Of a stretch of 64,000 nucleotides of DNA, positions 19,842-28,979 are shown piece after piece (positions within the stretch are counted from its first letter, which is position 1; every line of letters starts with the position of its first letter). The stretch lies in assembly GCA_943354605.1 (NCBI GenBank), contig CALRCK010000003.1:14902-78901 (forward strand). Reading direction: 5' to 3'. The stretch comes from Candidatus Uhrbacteria bacterium (lineage in GTDB: Bacteria; Patescibacteriota; Patescibacteriia; UBA9934). Made by a program: the position numbers and the translations under genes. The notes beneath the pieces were generated by a model that searched no databases, had not been told where the DNA came from, and saw only the letters and a list, made by a program, of their open reading frames with translations.

Positions 19842-20345
19842 CTCCTTCACAACATTCTTCTCCAAATCGACAAGATCGAGAACCTCCTCCATGCGCTCCA
19901 CTTCGGCAGGATCTTTTTCTTTCACAAGCAATTTCTTTTCCACGCGCTCGATCATCCGCAGAATCTGGGTGATTTCTTGTTCTGCTGTTACGTTCACCTG
20001 AAAATCGAGCTCTTCGCGAAGATCTGCAATCTTCGCGGCGCGATTCTGGCTGATAAGCACAATAATGGACAAGAAGATTGCTTCGAGCGACACCACCATT
20101 GTGAGCATGCCATACGGATACGGATCGAATGGCGTGAACCCATGAATCACATTCGAGTTCACCACAACCCATGCAAGAAACAACACGGCGTTGATGTTAA
20201 AGAATGCAATCGTTCCAAAAGAGTCTGTCAAAAAATCCGCAACGCGCTCGCTCATGCTGCGCTTGCGATTCATTTCTGCAGAAAACACCGGCGTGCGCCG
20301 TTTCACCCCACGGACCGTGGTTCGTTCCCTCCTCCGTTGTGACAT
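19830..20345 (-). CDS. DUF1003 family membrane protein
   Basis: 171 aa; FGTIAFFNINAVLFLAWVVVN...PFDPYPYGMLTMVVSLEAIFLSIIVLISQNR and a C-terminal coiled coil match DUF1003 architecture. Confidence 0.55.
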   Translation of the reverse strand: MSQRRRERTTVRGVKRRTPVFSAEMNRKRSMSERVADFLTDSFGTIAFFNINAVLFLAWVVVNSNVIHGFTPFDPYPYGMLTMVVSLEAIFLSIIVLISQNRAAKIADLREELDFQVNVTAEQEITQILRMIERVEKKLLVKEKDPAEVERMEEVLDLVDLEKNVVKELQR

Positions 20346-20369
20346 AGATACCCGTATTGTAGCACGAGC

Positions 20370-21227
20370 CTAGAGTTCCGATCGTGGAATTTCTACCGCA
20401 ATCGGACCAGCGACGTACGGCGCGATGGCGTATGGATTGTAAAAGATACCAATTGCGTCAGGCGTCAGATAAAAAATCGCGTCGTCGATATATTGATCCG
20501 TTGGTCCGTCGGTTGGGTTGAGAACGTACGCTTTAAACTCGCTCAACGATTCTTCGAACAACACATCGGATTGATGATCGATGAGCCATTGTTTTTCCTT
20601 CACCTCAAAATCTGCCCACCGCCCAGCAGGAAGCACATCGCGCAATGTCAGTTGCTTTCCCGTTTTCACGTCGAAGTTGAGGAAGAGTTGCGTAATGTTT
20701 GGATGCGCACCGCCTTGATTCAAGTAATTCGACAATCCGATCGAAAGAATATCGTTGGCATTCTGCTTGATATCGTAGCCCACTTCGCTCGTCCATGCTT
20801 CTTGCGCTGAAGTGATTGGGTCGTCCATCTGCGCAACGAGATCCGTAAGATCCGCTTTACAGGAACTGACGAAACTCGTGGCAGCGTGATCGAGATCCTC
20901 ATCGTCGGTCACGAGAAATTCTTTTACCGCCTCGGCAATCTGCGCGTTGAGAGAATCGCGAATCTCCGTCGAAGGGCCAGATGAATCTTCAATTTGTGGA
21001 TACAGTAATTTCACATCGCATCCACCAGTGCCCCTCACATCTTCATGGCGTGTCTGTGTTACCTCGCGGAACGCGAGATCCTTTCCTGCTGCGACAGTGA
21101 CAGTATCCGAATCCTCCGAATCCGCCGTTGAAATACCATCCACGTCCCACCGATAGAGAAAATATCCACCAGAGGCAAGTACCACAAGAACTGCGAGACC
21201 GACCACAATGCCGTTCAGATTCTTCAT
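20370..21227 (-). CDS. DUF4163/DUF3298 (RsiV/PdaC-like) domain protein, membrane-anchored
   Basis: N-terminal TM helix then NYLNQGGAHPN, which matches the DUF3298 YxGGAHG signature seen in the anti-sigma-V factor RsiV. Confidence 0.55.
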   Translation of the reverse strand: MKNLNGIVVGLAVLVVLASGGYFLYRWDVDGISTADSEDSDTVTVAAGKDLAFREVTQTRHEDVRGTGGCDVKLLYPQIEDSSGPSTEIRDSLNAQIAEAVKEFLVTDDEDLDHAATSFVSSCKADLTDLVAQMDDPITSAQEAWTSEVGYDIKQNANDILSIGLSNYLNQGGAHPNITQLFLNFDVKTGKQLTLRDVLPAGRWADFEVKEKQWLIDHQSDVLFEESLSEFKAYVLNPTDGPTDQYIDDAIFYLTPDAIGIFYNPYAIAPYVAGPIAVEIPRSEL

Positions 21228-21269
21228 ATGCGAGCATGGTAGCAAACGTCGGTAAAAAAGACACTCAAT

Positions 21270-22067
21270 CTACTGAACGGTCACCACATTCGGCACCGCG
21301 GCAGACTGCACCTCAACATCCCACGGCGTTGATGCGGTGGAAATTCCCGTGGACGGCCCGCCATCGAGGTTACCAGCGATGCGGAAATGCTCGGACTGTA
21401 CCGCGAGCCACTGCGCCATTTGATACAACGATTCTTCACCGGATTCGCTCACGATGACATCGATCGTGCCGTCGTCTTCCTGCGCGAGAACGGTTCGGCG
21501 AGCGTGCAAACCGCTATCTTCCGCAACCATCGGCGTGTCGTTCAATACGAGTGTTGGGAACGAAAGGAATGTGGACCCTGGATACGGGCCGAGCATAGAG
21601 CTCGCGGGCACGTGGTACATGTTCATCGATCCATCTTCTCGAATATTCGCCGCAAACGTGTATCCGTTTTCATCGAATGCCGTTTCTGGCCACGGTACCG
21701 CCGAAGTGGATCCATCGAGAGAATAAAATCCCGCGGGTTGATTCGTTTCTGTAAAATACGATCCGTTCATGACAAACCTCGCGCCAAGATGGGTCCGCCA
21801 TTCGTGAACCGACTTTGGCGACGATGGATCGTTCGCGAGCAACCATTGCGACTCGGCGGAAAACTTTGAGACGAGAAACGAAACCTCGTGCCCATCGAAT
21901 GTGGCTATTCTTCGTTCCATGAAAGTCGGGAGATCTGCATATCCATAACGAAAGAACAGCTTCATTGTTGGAAGATATATCGCGACAACAATGCCGAGCA
22001 CCACACCACCACACACCATCGCACAACACCCCAATGCTAAAAATTTCTTGATGCTCATACCGCGCAT
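21270..22067 (-). CDS. phosphodiester glycosidase family protein (NAGPA-like, DUF2233)
   Basis: 265 aa with N-terminal TM helix and the NLDGGPSTG motif characteristic of the phosphodiester glycosidase family. Confidence 0.5.
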   Translation of the reverse strand: MRGMSIKKFLALGCCAMVCGGVVLGIVVAIYLPTMKLFFRYGYADLPTFMERRIATFDGHEVSFLVSKFSAESQWLLANDPSSPKSVHEWRTHLGARFVMNGSYFTETNQPAGFYSLDGSTSAVPWPETAFDENGYTFAANIREDGSMNMYHVPASSMLGPYPGSTFLSFPTLVLNDTPMVAEDSGLHARRTVLAQEDDGTIDVIVSESGEESLYQMAQWLAVQSEHFRIAGNLDGGPSTGISTASTPWDVEVQSAAVPNVVTVQ

Positions 22068-22636
22068 CGTTCAGCGATCGCTCGCGCCTCCGCTTCCCTC
22101 CATTCCATCGCAAGAATGATCATCTTCGGCTTTCCCGTAAATCCCTTTGTATTCAAAGTTGCCGCTACACGCCACTTTTCACCAACTTTTGAAACGCGAT
22201 TCCCCATCACCATGAATACAGGAACTTTCGCAACGTCGATTCGTGCAATGTCGGCGCGTGAAAGCGATCGTTTCTGCCAGGCAAAGAAATTTCCACGCCG
22301 CGTGACGAGCTTCCCATTCTCAATACACGTGGATCGATCCACATTCATCATGAGCATACCAACGCCGAACATGACGATCGCAACGCCAAGAAACAGCATC
22401 CACATCACTCCGCTGAACGCGAGTTCCCATGTTGCACAACGCGACCCCGGGCAGAGCACCGCAGAAAACCAATCTGCAAGCGAATGCACAGTAATGCCGG
22501 AATTTGCGACTGTATAAAAGATCTCATTCTGCCAAATGTATGCAAGGACGAGTCCGGCAAACGTAAAGAAAGGTCCGTACACCCACTGACCCCAACCTAA
22601 CGGACTATATCGGATCACTTGCGCGCCGTTTGCCAT
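22055..22636 (-). CDS. hypothetical integral membrane protein
   Basis: 193 aa, three hydrophobic helices, no recognisable domain; overlaps the previous gene by 13 nt. Confidence 0.4.
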   Translation of the reverse strand: MANGAQVIRYSPLGWGQWVYGPFFTFAGLVLAYIWQNEIFYTVANSGITVHSLADWFSAVLCPGSRCATWELAFSGVMWMLFLGVAIVMFGVGMLMMNVDRSTCIENGKLVTRRGNFFAWQKRSLSRADIARIDVAKVPVFMVMGNRVSKVGEKWRVAATLNTKGFTGKPKMIILAMEWREAEARAIAERCAV

Positions 22637-22637
22637 A

Positions 22638-22862
22638 TCAGAATTTCCGAAGAATCTTCTTTGCTTTTTCTACCGCGGTCGCAGGAACCATAATGGAAAA
22701 CTTCTGCGGCGTTCGTGCGGCAAACGGGTTCCAATGAAACGTGGAGTCCCCCGCCACTTCGGATGGAATACCCGCAACCATCAGCTTTGCGCACGCAATA
22801 TCCGCCCGAAACTCATCGTCCATTGTGGCCGCAACAACAAGAACTTTTCCGCGGAGATTCAT
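22638..22862 (-). CDS. small hypothetical protein (DUF2007-like?)
   Basis: Start placed at MNLRGKVLVVAA; about 74 aa; weak resemblance to small putative signal-transducing proteins. Confidence 0.3.
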   Translation of the reverse strand: MNLRGKVLVVAATMDDEFRADIACAKLMVAGIPSEVAGDSTFHWNPFAARTPQKFSIMVPATAVEKAKKILRKF

Positions 22863-22995
22863 ATAATCTGATTTTAACATGCTCGCTGACGCCAAAACAG
22901 GAACACATGAATTTTCGCTGACGGTTTACAGCAAGAACAACATTCTGTAGAATGAACGGGCTTTATATGGTTTCGACTGAATAGAGTAACCGGAT

Positions 22996-23025
22996 AGAAC
23001 CTTCTCCTCAAAACAGAAGGTTCTC
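22996..23025. other. perfect 10-bp stem hairpin AGAACCTTCT-N10-AGAAGGTTCT
   Basis: Located 25 nt upstream of ncRNA-like element A; the stem sequence resembles the closing helix of element B (GAGAACCTTCC). Confidence 0.4.
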
Positions 23026-23051
23026 TGTACGGCTTAATTCTGGTGACACTT

Positions 23052-23175
23052 TAGAACTTTCTCATTTTAGGCTAGTTTCGGCGCGCAAGGAGCAAAGTTC
23101 GCGAGGCGTACTCATGGTACGGCGAGCGAGTTTGCAACAAAGCAAGCCGAAAATAGTCAAAATGAGGAAGTTCTA
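23052..23175 (+). ncRNA. candidate structured RNA, copy A (family shared with 61031..61158)
   Basis: 124-nt element closed by a 17-bp helix TAGAACTTTCTCATTTT / AAAATGAGGAAGTTCTA. Conserved core blocks AGTTTCGGCGCGC, GGCGTACTCATGGTACGGCG and AGCAAGCCGAAAAT are shared with copy B. 5' TTTCGGC pairs with 3' GCCGAAA. Ends 8 nt upstream of tRNA-Trp. Strand inferred from co-orientation with the tRNA. Confidence 0.5.
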
Positions 23176-23183
23176 AGACATGA

Positions 23184-23257
23184 AGGGGCGTCGTATAATG
23201 GTAGTACAACGGTCTCCAAAACCGTTAGCGTGGGTTCGATTCCCCCCGCCCCTGCCA
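23184..23257 (+). tRNA. tRNA-Trp (anticodon CCA)
   Basis: Cloverleaf: acceptor AGGGGCG/CGCCCCT, anticodon arm ACGGT-CTCCAAA-ACCGT, T-loop TTCGATT, discriminator G, encoded CCA. One U-C mismatch in the T stem. Confidence 0.85.
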
Positions 23258-24751
23258 CGAGAGACGGTCATCGCAAGGTGACCGTTTTTCGATTGCAAAA
23301 TACGGTTGTTTCAGCGAAAAAATCGGCTCTCCGTCCGTAAGTTTCGAGTTCGATAGTAAAAACTGTGCCAATTCCCGTTTTTCGTCAGGAGTGGCTTCTT
23401 TCGCCAGTTTCTCGGCGTTTTCTGCGAGTTCCAAAATCCTACAGCCGAATTGGTAATAACTGATGTCAGCGCGGTTGTGTTTCGCCATGCGGACTTCAAG
23501 ACTTTCGAGCTGCTTGGTGTAGTCGGCAAACTTCGCATCGTAAAAGCTCTCGGTGATTTTCTTATCGAGGCGGTCTTCGTACAATGCGTCGATACGCTTC
23601 TTGAGGCGCGTCTGGTCAGCGACAAGGCTCTCGAAAGCCTTATCCTCCCCCTCGCGCTTCTGCGACAGCGACTGCTTGAGTGCGGCGGTTACAAACGCAA
23701 CGCCTGCATCGCTGATTTTCAGGATGTTCGTCAGCTTGTCGAAACGTTCGTCGATTGTTTCTTCTTTGACCCACGGCTGGTCGCAGTTCGTGTTGTACTT
23801 GGTGCAATGGTAGTAGTTGTAACGACCCTTCGCCTTCTCTGCGGTAATCGACCGAGCGCATACGCCGCAAGTAAACATTCCCTTGTACGCAAACGGCATG
23901 ACGTTATGCTCTTTGCGCATATTCAAATTGCGCCCGCTGATGACGTCTTGCACTTTTGCCCACAGCTCCGAGGCAATAAGAGGCTCGTATGAGCCTTGTA
24001 TCATCTTGCCGTTCCACTCAAACCTCCCAACGTAGAACGTATTGACGAGGCAACGCTGCACCGTGGAAACATACAGCTTACCGCTCTTGATGACGGGTGG
24101 GAGGTTGAGCGTCAGCCCTTCGGCTTCGAGCTTGGTAATAAGTGACTTCATCGAGTAAATGCCCGAGGCGTAGTACTCAAACATTTTGACGATGAGTTGG
24201 CGGTTCGCAGGGTCAGGAATGACGATGTTGTGTTTGGGGTTGAGCGGGTCTTTCGCGTTGAGGTAGCCAAGGGGAGCTTGGCGCGGATATTCTCCGTGCG
24301 AGATTTTGATGTCAAAACCCTTTTTTACTTCCTCCTTGAGGTTGTCGATAAAACCCTTCGCCAATACAGTCTTGAGGCCGTGCATGAGTTTGTCCGACGC
24401 GCGGCTGTCTTTTCCGATAGAGCCGCCCTCTTTCACCAGCCAAACGGTCACACCGAAATTGTCGGTCAGTTCTTCGATAGCGACGTAGTCCGTAAAGTTG
24501 CGATGGAGGCGGTCGGTCTTTTCGACGAGAATGTGCTTGATGTCCTTTGCTTTGACGTAGGCCAGCATCGCGGCGAACTCCTTGCGTCGGCTGTCCTTGG
24601 CCGTCTCTGCCTCCTCAAACTCTTTTGCGACCTCAAAGCCGTTACGACGAGCAAAGTCGTAGAGAGCAACGCGCTGTGCCTCGGGGGAGAAGCCCTGCTC
24701 GGCCTGCTCCTTGCTCGACACACGGACGTACATGACGGCTTTCTTGAGCAT
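23225..24751 (-). CDS. large serine recombinase (integrase)
   Basis: Start at MLKKAVMYVRVSSKEQ (resolvase/invertase catalytic serine motif). Recombinase domain, zinc ribbon CGVCARS...YYHC, long coiled coil. The last 11 codons (...GESNPR) overlap the 3' 33 nt of tRNA-Trp, as in tRNA-inserted integrative elements. Confidence 0.85.
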   Translation of the reverse strand: MLKKAVMYVRVSSKEQAEQGFSPEAQRVALYDFARRNGFEVAKEFEEAETAKDSRRKEFAAMLAYVKAKDIKHILVEKTDRLHRNFTDYVAIEELTDNFGVTVWLVKEGGSIGKDSRASDKLMHGLKTVLAKGFIDNLKEEVKKGFDIKISHGEYPRQAPLGYLNAKDPLNPKHNIVIPDPANRQLIVKMFEYYASGIYSMKSLITKLEAEGLTLNLPPVIKSGKLYVSTVQRCLVNTFYVGRFEWNGKMIQGSYEPLIASELWAKVQDVISGRNLNMRKEHNVMPFAYKGMFTCGVCARSITAEKAKGRYNYYHCTKYNTNCDQPWVKEETIDERFDKLTNILKISDAGVAFVTAALKQSLSQKREGEDKAFESLVADQTRLKKRIDALYEDRLDKKITESFYDAKFADYTKQLESLEVRMAKHNRADISYYQFGCRILELAENAEKLAKEATPDEKRELAQFLLSNSKLTDGEPIFSLKQPYFAIEKRSPCDDRLSWQGRGESNPR

Positions 24752-24753
24752 AT

Positions 24754-25377
24754 CTATAGATGAGAGACGGCAACCATCATTGAAATCGTCAGTACAGCTA
24801 TTCCGAACCCGAAGGTGAGAAAGCAAGCGTACTGCAAGAATGCCTTTACGCTTACGGCAAATGCATTTTTTCCGTCGAGCTCATCGCACAACTTTTTGTC
24901 ATTGGCCAAGTATTCAGCTTCTTGCGCGGCGTATGCTTCCTTGCTACCGCCTCCCGTGAGCACGACAGTAAGACCAGTACCGAGATACTGGATTTTTGCT
25001 TGGCGTAAACGCTGACGCTTCTTGAGCCATTCCGTAGCGGCAGTCCAGTAAATATGCCGAGCATTGAACCAACGAACAAATAGTCCGCTAATAAACGCGG
25101 TGAGCATCAATGACCAGGCTACAAACAATGTGTATTTCAAGGGATGACCAAGAAAAATTGCATCGAATGGCCTGCTCGTTGCGTTTGCTACTGAGCCAAC
25201 AAAGGTAAGGCTCAATGAAATAATCGCGGCGGAATACAAGGTAATCTTTTCCGAGACTTCCACGAGGTCTTTATTTACATTTATTTGCGTCAGGTCGAAA
25301 TGCGTTGCGGCCTTGCTCAATGCATCGCTACTTTGCGACATTTCCGCGTGAACAGCAGTCGGGTTGAAGTCCGTCAT
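24754..25377 (-). CDS. hypothetical membrane protein (element cargo)
   Basis: 207 aa with 3-4 hydrophobic helices; stop abuts the integrase start. Confidence 0.4.
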   Translation of the reverse strand: MTDFNPTAVHAEMSQSSDALSKAATHFDLTQINVNKDLVEVSEKITLYSAAIISLSLTFVGSVANATSRPFDAIFLGHPLKYTLFVAWSLMLTAFISGLFVRWFNARHIYWTAATEWLKKRQRLRQAKIQYLGTGLTVVLTGGGSKEAYAAQEAEYLANDKKLCDELDGKNAFAVSVKAFLQYACFLTFGFGIAVLTISMMVAVSHL

Positions 25378-25391
25378 AGATTGCTTTCATT

Positions 25392-26573
25392 TTATATTAT
25401 CTCCTCATCAATAGCGACCCCGAGTATCGCCTCGAGCTTCTTGGGGAGGACAGGACAGAAGGCTGCGAGTTTGCGCTGTAAGTACGGCACAATGCCGACA
25501 ACGTCCTTCTTTGCCTCGGCCTTCGCGAGGATGTTTTCGACCGCTTTTTTGTACCGTGTCACGGTTGCGGGTGAAGCTTCGCGTTTCAGCTCCTCAATAG
25601 CAGTCTTGAGGCCGTGGTCACGGACACGATGCGCGAGGTAGTAAAGAATAGCGCGGTCGCGGAAGTCGTCCGCATACTCCCCGATGAGGCGTTGTAGTTC
25701 GGTATTCTTGAGGTCGCTCAAACGAACAAGGCGGTTGAAGTCTTTGACGTACACGTTCTCGAACGTTCGTACGAGTACCTTCTTTGCTATGTCAGCCTTC
25801 GCTGCTTCTTGCAGGGTGTACCCCTTCTTTTTTATGGCGGCGGAAAATTGCCGCAAGGTCGCGTCTACGGTCTGTCTCTTTTGTAACGATAGCTCGATGC
25901 GGAGTGCGCCCTTTGTCCATTTGCCCGCCTTGTACTGCCGCGCAATTTCTTGTTCGAGCTGCGTCTTGCCATTGGTCGCGATTTCATCGAACTTGTCGTA
26001 CAAAACAAAACCTTGCGAGGAGTTGTAGTACTTCAAGTAAAAACCGTCCTTCCCGTCGTGATAATCGCGTCGGTTGAAGTCCGAAGACTGCTTCATGTCA
26101 TACGGCATCAGCGCACGGAGCATTTGTGCCGTCGTCCCGAAGCTCGGACTGATTTGCAGGATTTTCGAGTAGTCTATGCGGTACACGATAGCTCCCAACA
26201 CATCCTCGGGCTTTACGCCGACTTTGATTTCTTTGAGTGCATCGACGAGCTTCTTGGCGACGAGGGGGAGCAAACGTTCGTCCATATCGAAGATGCTTGC
26301 CCCGAACAGGAGTTTGGGGAGTGATACTTGCACGACGAGCTGACGCTCCGAAGGCACCATGCCGCGTTTGGTGCGCCGTGAACGTTCGGTAATATGTACC
26401 TGTGGGAAATACTTCCCCTCGGCCTTGCAACGCTGTGGGTAGTCCGTGTAGCGCGTGGTGAAGCGTCCGAAGACGCCGTACTTGCCTTTGAGCTCCTGAT
26501 GCTGCGCCTTGGTGAAGAACTCGTCGGAGTACGTCACGAAGTTCGTAATGTGAATGGTGACGCTGTCTATCAT
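25392..26573 (-). CDS. putative replication initiation protein (Rep_trans-like)
   Basis: 393 aa; the FVLYDKFDEI (YDK) motif and overall size fit rolling-circle Rep_trans initiators of phage and integrative elements. Assignment from motif memory only. Confidence 0.4.
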   Translation of the reverse strand: MIDSVTIHITNFVTYSDEFFTKAQHQELKGKYGVFGRFTTRYTDYPQRCKAEGKYFPQVHITERSRRTKRGMVPSERQLVVQVSLPKLLFGASIFDMDERLLPLVAKKLVDALKEIKVGVKPEDVLGAIVYRIDYSKILQISPSFGTTAQMLRALMPYDMKQSSDFNRRDYHDGKDGFYLKYYNSSQGFVLYDKFDEIATNGKTQLEQEIARQYKAGKWTKGALRIELSLQKRQTVDATLRQFSAAIKKKGYTLQEAAKADIAKKVLVRTFENVYVKDFNRLVRLSDLKNTELQRLIGEYADDFRDRAILYYLAHRVRDHGLKTAIEELKREASPATVTRYKKAVENILAKAEAKKDVVGIVPYLQRKLAAFCPVLPKKLEAILGVAIDEEII

Positions 26574-26740
26574 ACGAGTTGGGGCTTGGCTTTTATGCGG
26601 GTGTCGATGCGGAGCAATACCTCAAAGGCTCCGAGCAGATTTCTTGCTGCGTCGGGTATTTCTTCAGGGGCGAGGCCAAGCTCGTCCACGAAGTAGCGTT
26701 GCGCCAATTCTTCGAGGTTGGGTTCATCTTCGGGCAACAT
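26570..26740 (-). CDS. small hypothetical protein translationally coupled to the Rep-like gene
   Basis: 56-codon ORF (MLPEDEPNLEELAQRYFVDELGL...) whose TGA overlaps the Rep ATG (ATGA). Absent from the track because it is under 60 aa. Confidence 0.3.
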   Translation of the reverse strand: MLPEDEPNLEELAQRYFVDELGLAPEEIPDAARNLLGAFEVLLRIDTRIKAKPQLV

Positions 26741-26803
26741 AAAAGCTCCGAGCCGTAATATCAGCCGTGACAGGCTGTATAGACGCGGAGCTGTGGGTTG
26801 ATT

Positions 26804-26832
26804 ATTGAACGCACGACAAGTTCGTTCTATAA
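26804..26832 (+). promoter_or_regulatory. near-consensus sigma-70 type promoter TTGAAC-17-TATAAT
   Basis: TTGAAC at 26804..26809, 17-bp spacer, TATAAT at 26827..26832. Points rightward into a hairpin plus T-tract at about 26877..26912, suggesting a very short transcript or an antisense RNA against the ImmA gene 3' end. Confidence 0.4.
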
Positions 26833-26900
26833 TGCCCGTGGGTAGTAGCTTTCGCGTTTACGCAGCTATTATTGATAAGCCGTCTGTTTGCGCAGGCGGT

Positions 26901-27539
26901 TTATTGTTTTTGTAGGCTGTAGTCAGATACGCAGATTTCCATCATTTTCACAGATACCGCGAACTCAGTTGCGAGGCTACGGATCACCCATCGGTCATCG
27001 TGTTCGATAGCACGGGCGTATGCGCGTTTCAGTACTGGGTACGGAGCGAGGTAGTACGATGCGGTGATTTCCGCAACGCGCTCAATGATGTTCTGTCGCT
27101 CGACGGGGTCGGCTATGGCTTCCATGTCGGCCATGAACTCCCCATCAAACCGCTGAAGGATATGGGCGAACTCATGAGCGATGGTGAAGCGTTGACGTTC
27201 GCGTGGTACATCGTTTGCGACAAAAATGCGGATAGTACCCTCGTCCACGATGTCGTACATTCCGTCGATGTTCAGGCCGTGCTCGGTGGGGTTGAACGGA
27301 TAGTACTCAAACAAGAAGCCGTTGAGATACTGTGACATGGGTGCGAAGTTGATGGGGACACTCACCGTGTCGGCGTTCATGAATACCTTGTGCACGATGT
27401 CACGGAAGTGATGTTTCCACTTCTTTACCTTCTCCATGTAGAGCGGGCTGCATTGTCCATATCGTGGTCGCTGACGTGTCTTTTTGCGTAATACATACGC
27501 GCACGTTTCATCGGGAAGCTCGGGAGTAGTCGGGTTCAT
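26901..27539 (-). CDS. ImmA/IrrE family zinc metallopeptidase
   Basis: 212 aa with FTIAHEFAHIL, the HEXXH motif in the COG2856/DUF955 (ImmA/IrrE) context. Confidence 0.75.
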   Translation of the reverse strand: MNPTTPELPDETCAYVLRKKTRQRPRYGQCSPLYMEKVKKWKHHFRDIVHKVFMNADTVSVPINFAPMSQYLNGFLFEYYPFNPTEHGLNIDGMYDIVDEGTIRIFVANDVPRERQRFTIAHEFAHILQRFDGEFMADMEAIADPVERQNIIERVAEITASYYLAPYPVLKRAYARAIEHDDRWVIRSLATEFAVSVKMMEICVSDYSLQKQ

Positions 27540-27545
27540 ACGTTT

Positions 27546-28409
27546 TTACTCCAAGGCTTTGGGTTCCTCGGGCTTCGGGATGAAGTTATCAGGGGTAATA
27601 ACCGACTTTCCTGTGACGTCTTCGATTTCTTTTCGGGCATTGCCTGCGATACTCGCGCCCTTTTGTGCAGCCGCATGATTTGCATCAAATCCGTTCGCAT
27701 CGGCGTTTCGTGCGATTTCCGCAGTACTTGCCTCTGCAAGCATATTGATAACGAGCTCAAGCGGTGACATATGGTCACGCAGGTTTTCATCCGTCAGGTT
27801 CTTGAACTCTTTGTACTGACGGGTTGTCTTACCTGACCAACCTTTGTAAATGTCGTTCGTGAGGATTGCGTAGCCGTAGCCTTCGATGCCACGTTTTCGC
27901 CATTCGTTCGTGAGCTCGTTGCGCACTTCAATCGTGCGGAGACGACGACTAATCCATTCGTCGTCATAGCCTTTGCGGGCGTATGTGCCAAGGGCACGAT
28001 GAATGCCTTTTTCAGGGTCTTTGATTTCCTCGATACGCTCGAAGCCGACCCGCGCAAGCCATTGCTTGATGGGCTCTGCCTTGGGCGATGGGACGCTCTG
28101 AATGACACGGAGCAGGGTCTCCGTATCGGTACACTCGGTCGAGCGTTTTTTGCCATCCTTCGCGGTGAACTTCAACTTTACGATTTTCTCGTAAAGTTCA
28201 AATCCCTCCTCTTTGAGCTTGGCTTTGAGGTCGTTCCAGTAGCGGCTCGGAACGCTGCTTTCGGTGATGATGCCAACAACGTCGATGACGCTGAAGTACC
28301 ATTTCTCGGCTTCGGGGTTCCAGCGGCGACGAACGTCCCTATCCTCAAAGCGAATAATGGAAAGGTCGTTATCTGACGCTTGCGGTGGCTGGGTAGTAGT
28401 GTCGGCCAT
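27546..28409 (-). CDS. Bro-N / DinD-like (DNA-damage-inducible protein D family) protein
   Basis: Start at MADTTTQPP...; N-terminal LSIIRFEDRDVRRRWNPEAEKWYFSVIDVV resembles the Bro-N domain, and the overall layout resembles DinD. The ATG is 2 nt downstream of the XRE gene stop. Confidence 0.5.
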   Translation of the reverse strand: MADTTTQPPQASDNDLSIIRFEDRDVRRRWNPEAEKWYFSVIDVVGIITESSVPSRYWNDLKAKLKEEGFELYEKIVKLKFTAKDGKKRSTECTDTETLLRVIQSVPSPKAEPIKQWLARVGFERIEEIKDPEKGIHRALGTYARKGYDDEWISRRLRTIEVRNELTNEWRKRGIEGYGYAILTNDIYKGWSGKTTRQYKEFKNLTDENLRDHMSPLELVINMLAEASTAEIARNADANGFDANHAAAQKGASIAGNARKEIEDVTGKSVITPDNFIPKPEEPKALE

Positions 28410-28410
28410 A

Positions 28411-28758
28411 CTATTTCTTGGTCTTGCGCTTGCTCTCCAAATAATTGACGTGACCAACGATTTCGTTGATTTCGTCAGGGGAGAAGCTGCGCTGACGCAA
28501 TGCGTTTGCGAGCATCTGCGTAGCGTTCGGTGTTGAATTATCATCGAGAAGGCCAACAGCGGCGAGGAAGTCCCTGAATGTCATTCCAAGCCCTTCTGCA
28601 AGCTGTTTGCTCTTGTCGATGGAGAGTGTCTTGTAGAGCCCTGCCTCAAGTTTCGATATAAACCCAACGGAAATGTCTGCGCGACGTGCAAGCTCGTTTT
28701 GTGACAAGCTGTTTTGCTCGCGTAGTTCTTTGAGACTCTTGTGAAGTGGTTTCGTCAT
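28411..28758 (-). CDS. XRE-family helix-turn-helix transcriptional regulator
   Basis: HTH LSQNELARRADISVGFISKLEAG. Together with the downstream ImmA protease it forms a classic ImmR/ImmA-like switch. Confidence 0.75.
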   Translation of the reverse strand: MTKPLHKSLKELREQNSLSQNELARRADISVGFISKLEAGLYKTLSIDKSKQLAEGLGMTFRDFLAAVGLLDDNSTPNATQMLANALRQRSFSPDEINEIVGHVNYLESKRKTKK

Positions 28759-28979
28759 AAAATACATTCATTCGTTTACGTCTCGACCCTGCGTTTTGCT
28801 ACATACGCGTCGATGATAAGAGTTACCGATGCATATTGTACTCTTTGCTATTTCCTATAGTCAATAGCACTATGCGATTTGTGTTGATACAAAGCTTTCT
28901 TGAATACAAAGAGCGCACCGACGGGCTGCGCTCGATGCAACGATTGAACGTTGAGAGCGTAGCCGCGCCGATGCGCGAG

